Shown one piece after another: positions 1 to 9,924 of a stretch of 64,000 nucleotides of DNA. The position numbers and the translations under genes are program-made. Source of the DNA: a virus; the IMG/VR virus record IMGVR_UViG_3300045012_000053, positions 1 through 64,000 of that record, one strand, 5' to 3'. The notes beneath the pieces were generated by a model. It was not told the origin of the DNA. It did no database searches and saw only the letters and a list, made by a program, of their open reading frames with translations. Within the stretch, counting starts at the first letter, position 1. Each line of letters starts with the position of its first letter.

Positions 1-409
1 GGATGTCCTGATCGTTGTCGATATCCGTGATCGAGAGAACGATGCCTCCCCGCTTGATGATCTCGTTCGCGAGCATGCGGATGATGCTCGTCTTGCCGCA
101 CCCGGCGGGTCCGTAAAAGAGCACGCCGCGCTTATACACCAACCCGAGTTCGTTAAAGAAGTCTTCCCTGCCCCAAAATTCCTCGATCTGTTGGAGCACG
201 TAGGAGACGGGCGTGCCGGGGATGAGCACCAGCTCGTCGGAGGGGAACGCGATCTCCCTCATGTATGTGTTGCCGTCCGAGTCTTCCCTCGTCTCGTACA
301 CGGCTGAGGGGATGGTGTCATGGGTGACCAGCGTCGGATAAAAGCGGTCCTTGCGCTTTGCCCAGTGCGAGTAATTTTTCTCTTTCTTGATCTCTTCTTG
401 CTTTCCCAT
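1..409 (-). CDS. AAA+ ATPase (partial, runs off window)
   Basis: Manual translation from ATG 409 (GGAG RBS): ...VYKRGVLFYGPAGCGKTSII, a Walker A in AAA context. Confidence 0.85.
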   Translation of the reverse strand, partial: MGKQEEIKKEKNYSHWAKRKDRFYPTLVTHDTIPSAVYETREDSDGNTYMREIAFPSDELVLIPGTPVSYVLQQIEEFWGREDFFNELGLVYKRGVLFYGPAGCGKTSIIRMLANEIIKRGGIVLSITDIDNDQDI

Positions 410-515
410 ATAACGCTCCATCTTAGAGTTAAGTGCGTCTTCTAGTACCTGTCCTTGATAATTCCTGCTCACAAAGTAATTGCGACACGCGCGTGTTAAC
501 CTTTGAGCCTCTTTG

Positions 516-2153
516 CTATTCATCCTGCGACCTTTCGTCCTCGAACTCTTCGATCTCTTCCACGAAGTCGTTCAAGAACTGGCTGCGATTCTTCGAGAAA
601 CTAATTTGCAACTCGTCCGCCGCGCGGGAACATGCGACGAAGAAAATTCTAGATTCCTCCAACAGCTCCCCGTCTTTGTGCGGCATCGTACCTTGATTCG
701 CGCCCACAACGAACACGTTCTTCCACTCCCGGCCCTTGGCTTGGTGCACCGTGGACAACGTGAGAATTGGCTCGCTCTTCGAGCGGCGCATGTACGTGAT
801 TTTACGTAGCCAGTCGAGGAACTGCAAGATCGTGAGCGGCTGCTTCGTTTCCTTATGGCGTCTTCCCGCCATGCGGACGATATCGTTCAAGTTCTCCACC
901 GGGTCCTTGTCCATCGGGTTCGACTTTGCGCCAGAGTAGCGGCGGACCAGCTCGTGCTCCTGAATCAAGCTGCGCATCACCACTGCTGCGGGACGCGGGT
1001 CCATGACGTTCTCTCTCGTCAACTCGATCAGGTGCTTGACTTCGTTCTCCTGCCATACGTTCTTTTTGCCGAGGATTTCCGCCTTGATGTTGCGGCTCAT
1101 CGCGCGGCGCTGAATCAGCTGTAGCTGGCGGTTGGTGCGCGCCAAGATGGCCGTGTCGTTCGGTTCCTTAACGAGGTCCAGCACGTCGTTCGCTTCCTCG
1201 TCCTCATTCGAGTAATGCACGAAGCGGACAGGCTCGCCCTCTCCCCTCATCGAGACCATGTGGCTCCCCAGCCCGTTGTCTACAGGGAGGATTCGCTTGA
1301 AGAATTCGACAAGTCTTCGAGTGCTGCGATAATTTTTGCCAAGATAAAGCGTCCTTGCTTGGGGGAAGCCTTTGCCGAAAGATGATAAGTTTCCCGCCCG
1401 AGCGTTACGCCATTCGTAGATAAGCTGGTTTTCATCTCCAACGACAAAGATATTTCCGTCGTATAACAGCTGTAGGAGTTTAAACTGGGTTTCGTCGGTG
1501 TCTTGACACTCGTCGACGGCAATGTACTTTCTCTTATTTCTTGTTCTGACTTCATCATTTACCTCCAATAGTCTGACCGTTTCTTTCACGAGCGCGTCAA
1601 AGTCTAGCCAGCCTTGCTCTCTCTGCTTCACTTCGTAGTCGCGGTACGCGAGCGCGTAAAAGTATCCTATACCCGCGTTGAACTCCTCGTCCAGCGCGCG
1701 CTCCGGACTGATGTTCTCTGCCTTCCACTTGGTGATGCGGTCGTAAAGAGCGTTATAAGACGTGATCGGCGGGTAAATCTTGAGCAGGTCCTTCATCAGC
1801 ATGAACTGCTCCCCCCGCACCGGAATAATTGTGGGGCACGTGGGGAACGGAAGGTAGGCGCGTTCTCTCTTGGCGAGATCGAGCGCGAAGCCGTGGAAGG
1901 TGCGGAAGACTTGGTCCGCGTTCAACAGCCCGACGCGCTCCAACATTTCCTTGGCGGCGGCGTTGGTGAACGTCAGATTCAGAATGTCGCGGTCTGGTAT
2001 GCCGCGCGCTCTCATCTCCAAGTAGCGCTCCACGAGCACGCGCGTTTTTCCAGAGCCGGGACCGCTTATGACAACCGTAGCCCCTTCAATTGAATCAACA
2101 GCCTGTCTTTGATCTTCATTAAGCTGCATGAGGGCAGTATCCATAGGCTCCAT
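516..2153 (-). CDS. uvrD: UvrD/Rep/PcrA-family SF1 helicase
   Basis: GPGSGKT, LTFTNAAAKEM, VDECQD, VGDENQLIYEWR, NYRS, STVHQAKGREW motifs. Confidence 0.95.
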   Translation of the reverse strand: MEPMDTALMQLNEDQRQAVDSIEGATVVISGPGSGKTRVLVERYLEMRARGIPDRDILNLTFTNAAAKEMLERVGLLNADQVFRTFHGFALDLAKRERAYLPFPTCPTIIPVRGEQFMLMKDLLKIYPPITSYNALYDRITKWKAENISPERALDEEFNAGIGYFYALAYRDYEVKQREQGWLDFDALVKETVRLLEVNDEVRTRNKRKYIAVDECQDTDETQFKLLQLLYDGNIFVVGDENQLIYEWRNARAGNLSSFGKGFPQARTLYLGKNYRSTRRLVEFFKRILPVDNGLGSHMVSMRGEGEPVRFVHYSNEDEEANDVLDLVKEPNDTAILARTNRQLQLIQRRAMSRNIKAEILGKKNVWQENEVKHLIELTRENVMDPRPAAVVMRSLIQEHELVRRYSGAKSNPMDKDPVENLNDIVRMAGRRHKETKQPLTILQFLDWLRKITYMRRSKSEPILTLSTVHQAKGREWKNVFVVGANQGTMPHKDGELLEESRIFFVACSRAADELQISFSKNRSQFLNDFVEEIEEFEDERSQDE

Positions 2154-2550
2154 AGGATTGATTGCAGTTGTGGCAAAGAACTCTAAAACCTTTAGGAAAT
2201 TTATTTCTTTTTAACCAAACGTACAAATGTGAACCGACGATGTTTTTCTTATGCTGCGTGCCACCGCCTTTGATATGGTCAATACTAAGAAATTCCAAAA
2301 CAGTAACCCCGCAACAGGCACAAAAAGGTTTTACATTTTTACTGTAGTGTTGTAATACTTCCAGACGGAGTGCAACTCGGTATACTTTTGATTGCTTTGC
2401 TTTGGATTTCAAGTACTTTTTAGAAATCCTCTTCATGCAGTCTTTACACCACCCATGCAGTCCATCGAAACGACAGCGAGATATAGAAAATCGTTTCCAG
2501 TATTTTCTCTCGTTGCATTTTGGACAAATTTTAAATCTTTTGTGCGTCAC
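2119..2550 (-). CDS. HNH-type homing endonuclease
   Basis: CACCG...LSIDHIKGGG...VLCHNCN; N-terminal CxxC pairs; AT-richer than neighbours and overlaps both. Confidence 0.85.
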   Translation of the reverse strand: MTHKRFKICPKCNERKYWKRFSISRCRFDGLHGWCKDCMKRISKKYLKSKAKQSKVYRVALRLEVLQHYSKNVKPFCACCGVTVLEFLSIDHIKGGGTQHKKNIVGSHLYVWLKRNKFPKGFRVLCHNCNQSYGAYGYCPHAA

Positions 2551-3782
2551 TTAACCCCAAGAGTATCGTTGATGTACTTCACCAAGCCCTTCATTTGATT
2601 CTTGGCGACGAAGCCCTCGAACCACGAGAGCGCTTCCTCCCACTGATCTGTGGTCATGAATTGAGGCGGCGTACCCATCATGTGGGTGATGAACGCGCGC
2701 ATCTTCGGCACGCTCCCCAGCCCCTCGCTGCTGGGTAGTTCGGCGGTATATACAACCAGTCGACGGCGGTAATCAACCATCTGTTCCTGAGTCGGCTTGC
2801 CAGCATAATCCACTTGTTCCGGCACAACAGGATTCACTTGCGTTGGCACGGGGGCCGCGACCGGGTTATTGGTTACGGTGACGGTTGCGGGTACGGTTAC
2901 AAGGGGCGCTGGCAACGCTGGGGCGGGCGTAGAGACGACTTCCGGCTCCGGGCCGTCCATCGAGACCGTGTTACGCGACTTGCGGGCGCGCTTCGGCTTT
3001 TCAGTCTTTGGGGCAGTTTCAACAGGCGTTGAAACAGGCCCCGCTGGTGAAACTGTTCCGGGCATCGCGGCCAGTGCGGCTGCGCCTTCTGCGTACACCT
3101 GCCGAATGCTAGTCGTCTGGTCAACAAGTTCTGGCTTCAAGGCAACGGCGTGCCGGGTCTCGGGGGAATCCGGAATCTTGGTGATGCTGGGGTGATTCGG
3201 GTCCGCTGTGGGATTTTGAGCGGTCGGCGTGATGTCTTTGCCCGGCGCGTTGTTTGGAGCGACTGCGGGAGGGATGACCATTGGACCGTTCACGAGTGTT
3301 GCGCCAGCTGCGGGATTCGCGGTGCTACCAACGACGGCTTCGACTTCGCTCTGATCGAGGATACCCAGCTTGGTGAACTGCATCGTGAGTCTGCGGATCG
3401 CACGAGTGCTGGCTGTCATGATAGCATCATCGAGAGCCTTCCCTTGAAGGCCTGTGATGTACTTAGAGCCAGTCGCGATCTCTTGGCGCTTGTCTTTGTT
3501 CTTGCCTGTCGCGGTGAAGACGATGCTGCCGTTCACCATTTTGTCTGTCAGGCTATCGACCTCGATGCCGTTGATATCTCGAAGAATTTCAGCGGTACCA
3601 CGGCGCGCGTAAACTACCAGCGACTGTCCGGGTCCGTTCTCGTTCTGCATCCAAATGGTGTCGAGTCCGTTCAAATCGGGATCCAACCCGATAAACGCGC
3701 TGACGTCGCGGAGGTACTGTGTTAGCTCTTCTGGCGACAACTTCGAGAGATCGTGCTGAATGACAAGCTGCTTCTTACTCAT
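2547..3782 (-). CDS. Putative single-strand annealing protein (RecT/Rad52-like N-terminus, Pro/Ala-rich linker)
   Basis: DLSKLSPEE...YARRGTAEILR...AIMTASTRAIRR...GILDQSEVE pattern of phage SSAPs; replication context. Confidence 0.6.
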   Translation of the reverse strand: MSKKQLVIQHDLSKLSPEELTQYLRDVSAFIGLDPDLNGLDTIWMQNENGPGQSLVVYARRGTAEILRDINGIEVDSLTDKMVNGSIVFTATGKNKDKRQEIATGSKYITGLQGKALDDAIMTASTRAIRRLTMQFTKLGILDQSEVEAVVGSTANPAAGATLVNGPMVIPPAVAPNNAPGKDITPTAQNPTADPNHPSITKIPDSPETRHAVALKPELVDQTTSIRQVYAEGAAALAAMPGTVSPAGPVSTPVETAPKTEKPKRARKSRNTVSMDGPEPEVVSTPAPALPAPLVTVPATVTVTNNPVAAPVPTQVNPVVPEQVDYAGKPTQEQMVDYRRRLVVYTAELPSSEGLGSVPKMRAFITHMMGTPPQFMTTDQWEEALSWFEGFVAKNQMKGLVKYINDTLGVK

Positions 3783-3800
3783 ATTTTCCTCACTTTGGGC

Positions 3801-3829
3801 ATAGTACCATAGTTTAGAGAGAAAGTCAA
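3801..3829 (-). promoter_or_regulatory. Sigma70-type promoter
   Basis: TTGACT-17 nt-TACTAT on minus strand upstream of the gene starting at 3782. Confidence 0.7.
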
Positions 3830-3832
3830 GTA

Positions 3833-4237
3833 CTATTCATCTACAGCGCGCACAACTTCGATCTTAACCTTCTCTACGCCGTACTTCTTCAAATCGATGC
3901 GGTCTGCGATGCGCTCCGAAACATCCATCTCCCGGCCTTCCTCGTACGGGCCTCGGTCGATCACACGGCCAAATTCACTGTGTCCGGTGCGGACATTGGT
4001 CACTCGGACCATTGTACCGCACGGGAGGTAGGGGTGTGCCACGGTTAACGCCGCTGGGTTGAATATCTTGCCGCACGCGGTCCTCTTCCCGGCCCACTGA
4101 CTTCCGTACCACGAGGCCATGCCAAACCAAGGCTTGCTGAACTTAATCTGCTTCCCTGCCGTCTTCGGGGCGTCCGCTTTCACGTCCATGAGGGGCAGAA
4201 GTGCTACCACGGTTAGAACAGCGAGTAGTTTTCTCAT
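3833..4237 (-). CDS. rlpA: RlpA-family (DPBB) lytic transglycosylase with signal peptide
   Basis: GMASWYG...TACG...LTVAHPYLPCGTMVRVTN...VIDRGPY...MDVS; hydrophobic N-terminus. Confidence 0.9.
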   Translation of the reverse strand: MRKLLAVLTVVALLPLMDVKADAPKTAGKQIKFSKPWFGMASWYGSQWAGKRTACGKIFNPAALTVAHPYLPCGTMVRVTNVRTGHSEFGRVIDRGPYEEGREMDVSERIADRIDLKKYGVEKVKIEVVRAVDE

Positions 4238-4243
4238 CCAAAG

Positions 4244-4272
4244 AGTGTAGCATAAAACAATCTTGTTGTCAA
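4244..4272 (-). promoter_or_regulatory. Sigma70-type promoter (leaderless geometry)
   Basis: TTGACA-17-TACACT, then 6 nt, then ATG 4237. Confidence 0.75.
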
Positions 4273-4294
4273 GTCCTTTATTTTCAACAAATCG

Positions 4295-5390
4295 TCACTT
4301 ATGGTAGTATGTCTCCTGATAGCCGTCTGCCCCCAATAAAAGACCGGGACACCAGTCAATAGGCGTGCTCATGATCTCAACCATATCGTGTACCGTGGGA
4401 GATAACAGGTCATCCTCAACGAGCGTAATTCCCTCGTCATGCACGTGCCCTACCAGCGGCATATCTCTCTCCTCAAACTTCAACAGACTGGTTGCTAGAA
4501 TGTCGCGCGCGATGCCTTGCACCGCGTTTTCAAAAAGCTTGCCCCCGTGGGTCGAGACCCAGATGTCCCACTGCTTCGTCTTCTGATTGGTGCCTGCGTA
4601 GATCAGAGAGTCGCGGTAGACGTCGATCTCGTTGCCGTCGTCGTCCACGCCCTTCCACGGCATCATCGTCGGCTCTAGCCGCGCGTCCATATAATGCAGG
4701 TAACGTCCGGAAGGCAGACGCATTCTCATCATCGGTTGACGGCCTTCGATGTTGATGCGGTCGAGGACGATGCAGCCGTTCGGGCCGAGCGTGCGCGTTG
4801 TCGCCGGACGCTTCGGGTCCATGACTTCCGCGACTGCTATCTCGAACTGCTTCCAGATGCCGCGCTGCGGGTCGCAGATTTCCGGATAGCTGTTGCGGAA
4901 AATATCCGTCGCGGAGTGCGCCTGCTCCTGCGACATCTCGATGCCCATGTTATCCGCGTATCCCCACAGCCCGGTCTTGATGCGATCTCGAACCTCCGGG
5001 CAGAGGCAGCGCTTCACGCCGATTCCCGGATTCTTCGCATCGCAGTTTTCTTGGTGGTCCTTATACGGCGCGCCCAAACCCCAGCCGCCGCCCGCCATGC
5101 GGTAAAGAGATGCGAGCACGGGAGGCTTCGCGATTTGACGCATGCGCTTTGCCGCCGCCTTGCGCTCCGGCCCGTTCTTTCCCTTATAATCCGCGTAAAG
5201 GACTTCGAACGGGATGCCGTACATCTTGGATGCGAACGCGAGGTACGGGTCTCGTCCGTTCTTCTGGTACACGCCGAACTGATCGGTGTACGGTTCGAAG
5301 ACCTTCATCAGGTCCGTGCACCCGGCCAACCATGCGCCTACTCTCGATTCTATGGCGTTAAAGGTCGCAGACGTTAAATCTTGTGCTCAT
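4295..5390 (-). CDS. Family A DNA polymerase, C-terminal catalytic part; needs +1 frameshift at 5363-5357
   Basis: ATG 5390 MSTRFNVCDL then +1 frame NAIESRVGAWLAG (motif A); RQIAK...Y (motif B); ENAVQGIARD and HVHDE (motif C). Confidence 0.85.
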
Positions 5391-5959
5391 CGCTGCTTCT
5401 CCTTATTGTAATTTCTTATTAAGGTGCGAATTCGTACATCACTCATTCTCTGAAAAATTCCTTCGACTACATTACAGGCGTTGTGTGTAAATCCTAGAAC
5501 TTTGCCTGTTTCATGAGAGTGATGCAGGGTTGGTCTCGTCGAGGATATCCAATCTAATTCTCCGCCGCAAAGAACACAAATTCTGCTCTCATAGAATTTT
5601 AATACTTGTTCCGCAGTCGCTTTCGGCTCAGCATATCTTTGTATTTTGGAGTGCGCTTTAATATCGCGCAATAGTCGCTTCGCCCAACCGAGAGGTGAGC
5701 ATAATTGACATTGGTAGCGACGGGCATCATGTTCACAAATACCGCCGCCATTACATTGCCCACAACGATACCACTCACGATTATGCTGGCACATAGACTG
5801 CCCATGTTTGTTATATTTCTTAGACGCATACTTTTTACGCAATCGTTCACCGTTCATTTCGCGTTTTTGCCTGCGCTCAGCACGTCTTGTACGCTCTTCG
5901 CTAATAAGGCGTTTGCGATGTTTCTTATAATATCGTTTATTGTACTCTCTAGTTGTCAT
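5387..5959 (-). CDS. His-Me finger (HNH/EndoVII-like) endonuclease inserted in the polymerase gene
   Basis: CxH..CxxC repeats; CVLCG...LHHSHETGKVLGFTHNACN; ATGA overlaps at both ends. Confidence 0.8.
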   Translation of the reverse strand: MTTREYNKRYYKKHRKRLISEERTRRAERRQKREMNGERLRKKYASKKYNKHGQSMCQHNREWYRCGQCNGGGICEHDARRYQCQLCSPLGWAKRLLRDIKAHSKIQRYAEPKATAEQVLKFYESRICVLCGGELDWISSTRPTLHHSHETGKVLGFTHNACNVVEGIFQRMSDVRIRTLIRNYNKEKQR

Positions 5960-7164
5960 GGCGCGACGAACACCGTTCGAATTAAGCTCTTCACCACAAG
6001 CAACACGCTTCCGTACTTCCCCTTGATTCCCTCATAGTCTTCCGCATACACCATAGCGCGCGCGTCTCTCACAACTTTTTGGTCTTCGAAGTCGTATCCA
6101 CCGACCACAGCAGGGCGAGCCATATTGTGCAGCTGCACCGCGTTCCCGGACCAGCGACCGCAGCGGCTGCTGCCCATAAACACAAACTGCCCGCATAACC
6201 TGCCATCCGGGGAAACTGCTTCTAGTATTTTGCCCAACTTCTGATAGCTGGTGCTCGCGGCTTCCGCGCGCATCTTCAAAGCCGCGCGACAAGTGTCGGT
6301 CAGTTTGATCTCCGGGTCCTTCAACACGGAGGTGACCGTGTCCTTCTTCAACGTGCCGTACGGGTAGCCTTGAGTCTTCGCCCACTTCTTGATCTGGGTG
6401 GGAGAATTGGCGTTCGTGACCCCGGTCATCTTCTCGAAGCCTTCTTTGGCTTCCTTTTTGGCGCGCACAGCCAGCGCGTACATCTTCTTCACGAAGTCTA
6501 CGTCTACAGGCATGCCCCGGTCGTTGACCTTCTGGTCCAGCAGCCACAGCTGTTGCTCGAACTCGGGTAGGGGAAGCGCGCGGAGAATTCGCATTCTGCG
6601 AAGTAGCTCCTCTTCCGCAACAATGTCCTGCCGACCGTAGTTAAGAAACTCCTCCCACTCTTTCGGGTGAGAGTTCCAGTCGTTGTAGTATTCCCGTCCT
6701 TCTCTTTTCTTGGTCGCCTTTACAACAACCTTTTCGCAGAACAGCTTGATGAGTTCTTCTCCCCGCTTGTCCTTGCCGAGATAGGTAGGCACACCGAGCA
6801 CGTCGCATTGAACGCCCATGCTGGCCGGAAGTGATAGATAGCGACCGCCGACCTGTGGGTCGATGAAGCGGCTCGCGGGAATTTTGTAGCCCAGCTTGCG
6901 AAGCATGTAGCGCTCGAACGCGCTGTTAAAGGCGACGATCATCACTTCCGGATTCAAGAACGCGTCATGCAGCTCCGGGGGCGCGAGAAGCGCGCCACAA
7001 TTGTTGTGCTCCTGCTCCCAAATGCGCCAGCACTTATATTCGCCGTTCAGCTTGTACCAAAAGAACAGCGGTTCGGTGAGAGGTGAGAATATATAATTGT
7101 GCAGCCCGACGTCCGAAAGGTGGAACGGGCTGCGCGATTCGAAGTCGCCGAGGAGTTCAATCAC
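5956..7164 (-). CDS. Family A DNA polymerase, N-terminal part (3'-5' exonuclease to pre-motif A)
   Basis: DFESRS (ExoI), AFNSAFER, NDRGMPVD, NSPTQ, GRWSGNAVQLHN; ends LIRTVFVAP. Confidence 0.9.
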   Translation of the reverse strand: MIELLGDFESRSPFHLSDVGLHNYIFSPLTEPLFFWYKLNGEYKCWRIWEQEHNNCGALLAPPELHDAFLNPEVMIVAFNSAFERYMLRKLGYKIPASRFIDPQVGGRYLSLPASMGVQCDVLGVPTYLGKDKRGEELIKLFCEKVVVKATKKREGREYYNDWNSHPKEWEEFLNYGRQDIVAEEELLRRMRILRALPLPEFEQQLWLLDQKVNDRGMPVDVDFVKKMYALAVRAKKEAKEGFEKMTGVTNANSPTQIKKWAKTQGYPYGTLKKDTVTSVLKDPEIKLTDTCRAALKMRAEAASTSYQKLGKILEAVSPDGRLCGQFVFMGSSRCGRWSGNAVQLHNMARPAVVGGYDFEDQKVVRDARAMVYAEDYEGIKGKYGSVLLVVKSLIRTVFVAP

Positions 7165-9205
7165 CGCTGCCTCCCATGTTACGAAGCATGCGCACCATTC
7201 TCGGGTCTCCCTTGCAGCCCTTGCCCTCCAACACCACGTAACGGGCGTTGACCAGACCGTAGAACGCTTTGTTCCACACTGATATCCCGTAGCGGTTCGC
7301 GTGCATCACGTTCTCGATCTTGTTCTGGCGCATCGTGCCGCCGTTGCGGCGAAGCAGGTGCATCACGCCTTGCTGAATCTTTGATTCATCGTTCCGCGCT
7401 TCATACTGCTCCAGATATTTCACGACCGCGCGCTCATACTGCACCATCTCGATGCCGCGCGCCACGCAGTCCTCGTCGATCTCATCCAGACCTAGGTCGA
7501 TAGCGAAGTACAGCGCCCACTTCTCCGCGCGAATTTCGGTGCGGCTCCCGTACACTTCCATGATGCGCTTCAAAGGCGTCTGATCGAAGAACTCAAAAGT
7601 CTTCTTGTTTACTGCGCGGTCCATAATCTTCTTGGTCGCGAGCGCAGCCTCATTGTAATTGATGAACTGCTCCAGCTTCTTCTCCGGCAGCTCCCTCGGT
7701 TGCAGCACGAACGTGAATCGTTCATTCAACCCGGTGTCCTGCCCGGCCAGCTCTGCCCACAAATCATTGAACTTCAAGTCGGTGGTCGCGGATACGAGTG
7801 TGGTGCAGTATGTATCGCCTTCGATGTTAAACGTGTCCTTCTTCGCCTTAATCGAGTTACCGAACGCGGACGATTCGTACATCTTGAGAAGTGTGCTCGC
7901 GAGGCTGCTGCCCTCGATGCGCGCCTTGCTCACTAGAGAAGACAGCTCGTCATAGAAGAGCACAGCGTTCTTGCAGTTGGTGCGCTGCATATCGGTGCCG
8001 AGGCCTTCGGTCGAGCCGACTTCCCACACGACCGATCTGCCGTCTGCGTTCTTCACGTCCTTGGAGTAGTGCGTGAGCGTGCTTGCGTATTCGAGGAACT
8101 TCATTCCGTCCTTGATGGACGAAGACTTGTGGCCCTCTCCCGCAGCGCCGATCAGCACCATGTAGAACGAAGGCTTCCAGCGCTTCATAGGGACGTTGAC
8201 CTTGGTGCCGAGATAGTTCATCATCATCGCAGCCGTGGGCATCCACATGAAGTAATCGATACGGGAGTTGACTTCGCAGTAAGGCTTGACAAAGCCTTCA
8301 TAGATAGAGGTGCCAAACATTACGTGGCGGGGAAATATCGGATACTCGACCTGACTGAGGTCTAATTCGTCTTCCGGCTCGAACTCGGGCGCAGCTTCTA
8401 CTGCCGCTTGAGGCGCTTGCGTGAGCTGAATGCTTTTGTCTTGTCCGGGTTCATAGATGCAGATGGAGCGCGCCATCTGCCGAACCTTGTCGTCGTCAAT
8501 CGGCTCCTCGCACTGTTCGTGCACGATGCGGAGAAGAGCGGTCTCGATTTCGTCCTGCGTGAGTCCAGCGTTGCGGAGACGTCCGGCCTGCGTGAGCATG
8601 AATCCGTGAATGCTGCCGTGAGGAACCTTGCCGCGTTCGTTGCGCGGCGTAACATCCGCGACAGTCTCGGCCTTCTTCTGAATCTTCTGACTGATGAGCC
8701 AATTGATGAGCCAGTCGGGCGCTTCCGCGATCTCCGTCCCCCAGTTCAATGCTTCGTACGGCTTCAACGTGTCCGGGTGAATGCTGCCGGGACCGACAAC
8801 GTACTCGCGGTTCGTGCGGACGGACCAGTCTTGTCCCACGACATAGGTCTGGGAGATGTTGCCCATCGCCATCGACGCCTTCGTGTGGCGAAAATAGAAG
8901 TGGCCGCGCCCGGGGCGAGAGCGCACCTTGAAAGTGTTGGGCATCGTTTGCCCGGTCCCTTGTTGCATGCGGGGGAGAACATTCGGGGAGTCGACTTCGA
9001 GGAACCACACACCGCCGTCTTCCGCGCGCGCGACGCACGCAGCGTTGCAGTCCGGATACTGTTCGTTCCACTTGGCGATCTGTTCTAGGTTGGATGTTGC
9101 TGTGGTGGGAAAGTCGGGGAGAAACGCACGCTTGGTGCCGGGACGCACCGGAGTAACCGGGATTCCCAGCTTTGCAAGCGGCTCAGCAATGTCGATAAAT
9201 GCCAT
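7157..9205 (-). CDS. Bifunctional primase-polymerase + PriCT + DUF3987-like ATPase domain
   Basis: LEVDS, GRGHFYF, YVVGPGSIHP; GAAGEGHKSS, STEGL, LFYDELS, GLNERF. Confidence 0.85.
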   Translation of the reverse strand: MAFIDIAEPLAKLGIPVTPVRPGTKRAFLPDFPTTATSNLEQIAKWNEQYPDCNAACVARAEDGGVWFLEVDSPNVLPRMQQGTGQTMPNTFKVRSRPGRGHFYFRHTKASMAMGNISQTYVVGQDWSVRTNREYVVGPGSIHPDTLKPYEALNWGTEIAEAPDWLINWLISQKIQKKAETVADVTPRNERGKVPHGSIHGFMLTQAGRLRNAGLTQDEIETALLRIVHEQCEEPIDDDKVRQMARSICIYEPGQDKSIQLTQAPQAAVEAAPEFEPEDELDLSQVEYPIFPRHVMFGTSIYEGFVKPYCEVNSRIDYFMWMPTAAMMMNYLGTKVNVPMKRWKPSFYMVLIGAAGEGHKSSSIKDGMKFLEYASTLTHYSKDVKNADGRSVVWEVGSTEGLGTDMQRTNCKNAVLFYDELSSLVSKARIEGSSLASTLLKMYESSAFGNSIKAKKDTFNIEGDTYCTTLVSATTDLKFNDLWAELAGQDTGLNERFTFVLQPRELPEKKLEQFINYNEAALATKKIMDRAVNKKTFEFFDQTPLKRIMEVYGSRTEIRAEKWALYFAIDLGLDEIDEDCVARGIEMVQYERAVVKYLEQYEARNDESKIQQGVMHLLRRNGGTMRQNKIENVMHANRYGISVWNKAFYGLVNARYVVLEGKGCKGDPRMVRMLRNMGGSGD

Positions 9206-9290
9206 TCTGTCTCCTCGGATATTGTAGGTCGCGCTCTGGCGACCGCGTCAAGCCTTGTTTAACCTCGGCTTTCAGGTCTCCGAGGGAAGA

Positions 9291-9893
9291 TTAGAAGGCG
9301 TCGTTTTGAACTTGCTGTGGCGCGTTCAAACTGACCGTGTTGGCTGCTGGCTGTGCTTGAGACGTCTGTGCATACGTTTGCACCGGGCGACCTTGTGGTC
9401 CGGCCTGCGTCTTCGGCTTGTCCTTGAAGCGAACGAAGTTTGCGGGCGCTTTAGGCGCTACTACGCCTTGAGGAAGCGGGGATGCTCCACCGACGAAGGT
9501 TACCATCGGTTGCTTCCCATCCGGTCCCACAGACTTTTTCTGGTCCGGTTCCTGCGTGAGGAACAGGCTGTTGGAGCGGCCCAGTAACAAACGCGCTAGG
9601 TCTTCCGTGTTCTGAACCAGAGGCGGCTGAGTCCCAAGAATCTGACGAAGAATCTTCGTGAGGTTCGAGTTGTCCGTCTGAGTCGCATTGTAAAAGCCCG
9701 CGATGGTGAAGGGATTGCCTTCGCTGTCGAGATACGGCGCGCCGTTCACGAGCGATAGGACCCACAAAATGCGAACCTTATCCTTCGGCCCGAACTTCGT
9801 TGGGAACTGCGGCATATCAACCACGTCGATGATCGTTCCGAGGAACGGTCCACCTGCTGGCTGTTCGAATACTTTTCCTTGTCCGATATTCAT
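9291..9893 (-). CDS. Putative ssDNA-binding/replication protein (NGO0469-like)
   Basis: IIDVVD..KVRILW..PFTIAGFYN..NSNLTKIL; flexible tail ending in DAF; next to primase. Confidence 0.55.
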   Translation of the reverse strand: MNIGQGKVFEQPAGGPFLGTIIDVVDMPQFPTKFGPKDKVRILWVLSLVNGAPYLDSEGNPFTIAGFYNATQTDNSNLTKILRQILGTQPPLVQNTEDLARLLLGRSNSLFLTQEPDQKKSVGPDGKQPMVTFVGGASPLPQGVVAPKAPANFVRFKDKPKTQAGPQGRPVQTYAQTSQAQPAANTVSLNAPQQVQNDAF

Positions 9894-9924
9894 CTATTAT
9901 TCTCCTGCGCTGTGCGCTTTGAGT

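Noticed and set aside
5360-5389. TGA readthrough fusing the endonuclease to the polymerase C part
   Set aside because: The frames match, but the product (AQDLTSATFNAIES) lacks the motif A catalytic Asp.
5387-5959. Group I intron or intein in the polymerase
   Set aside because: The insert is entirely the endonuclease ORF with stop/start overlaps; no ribozyme core or in-frame intein termini are visible.
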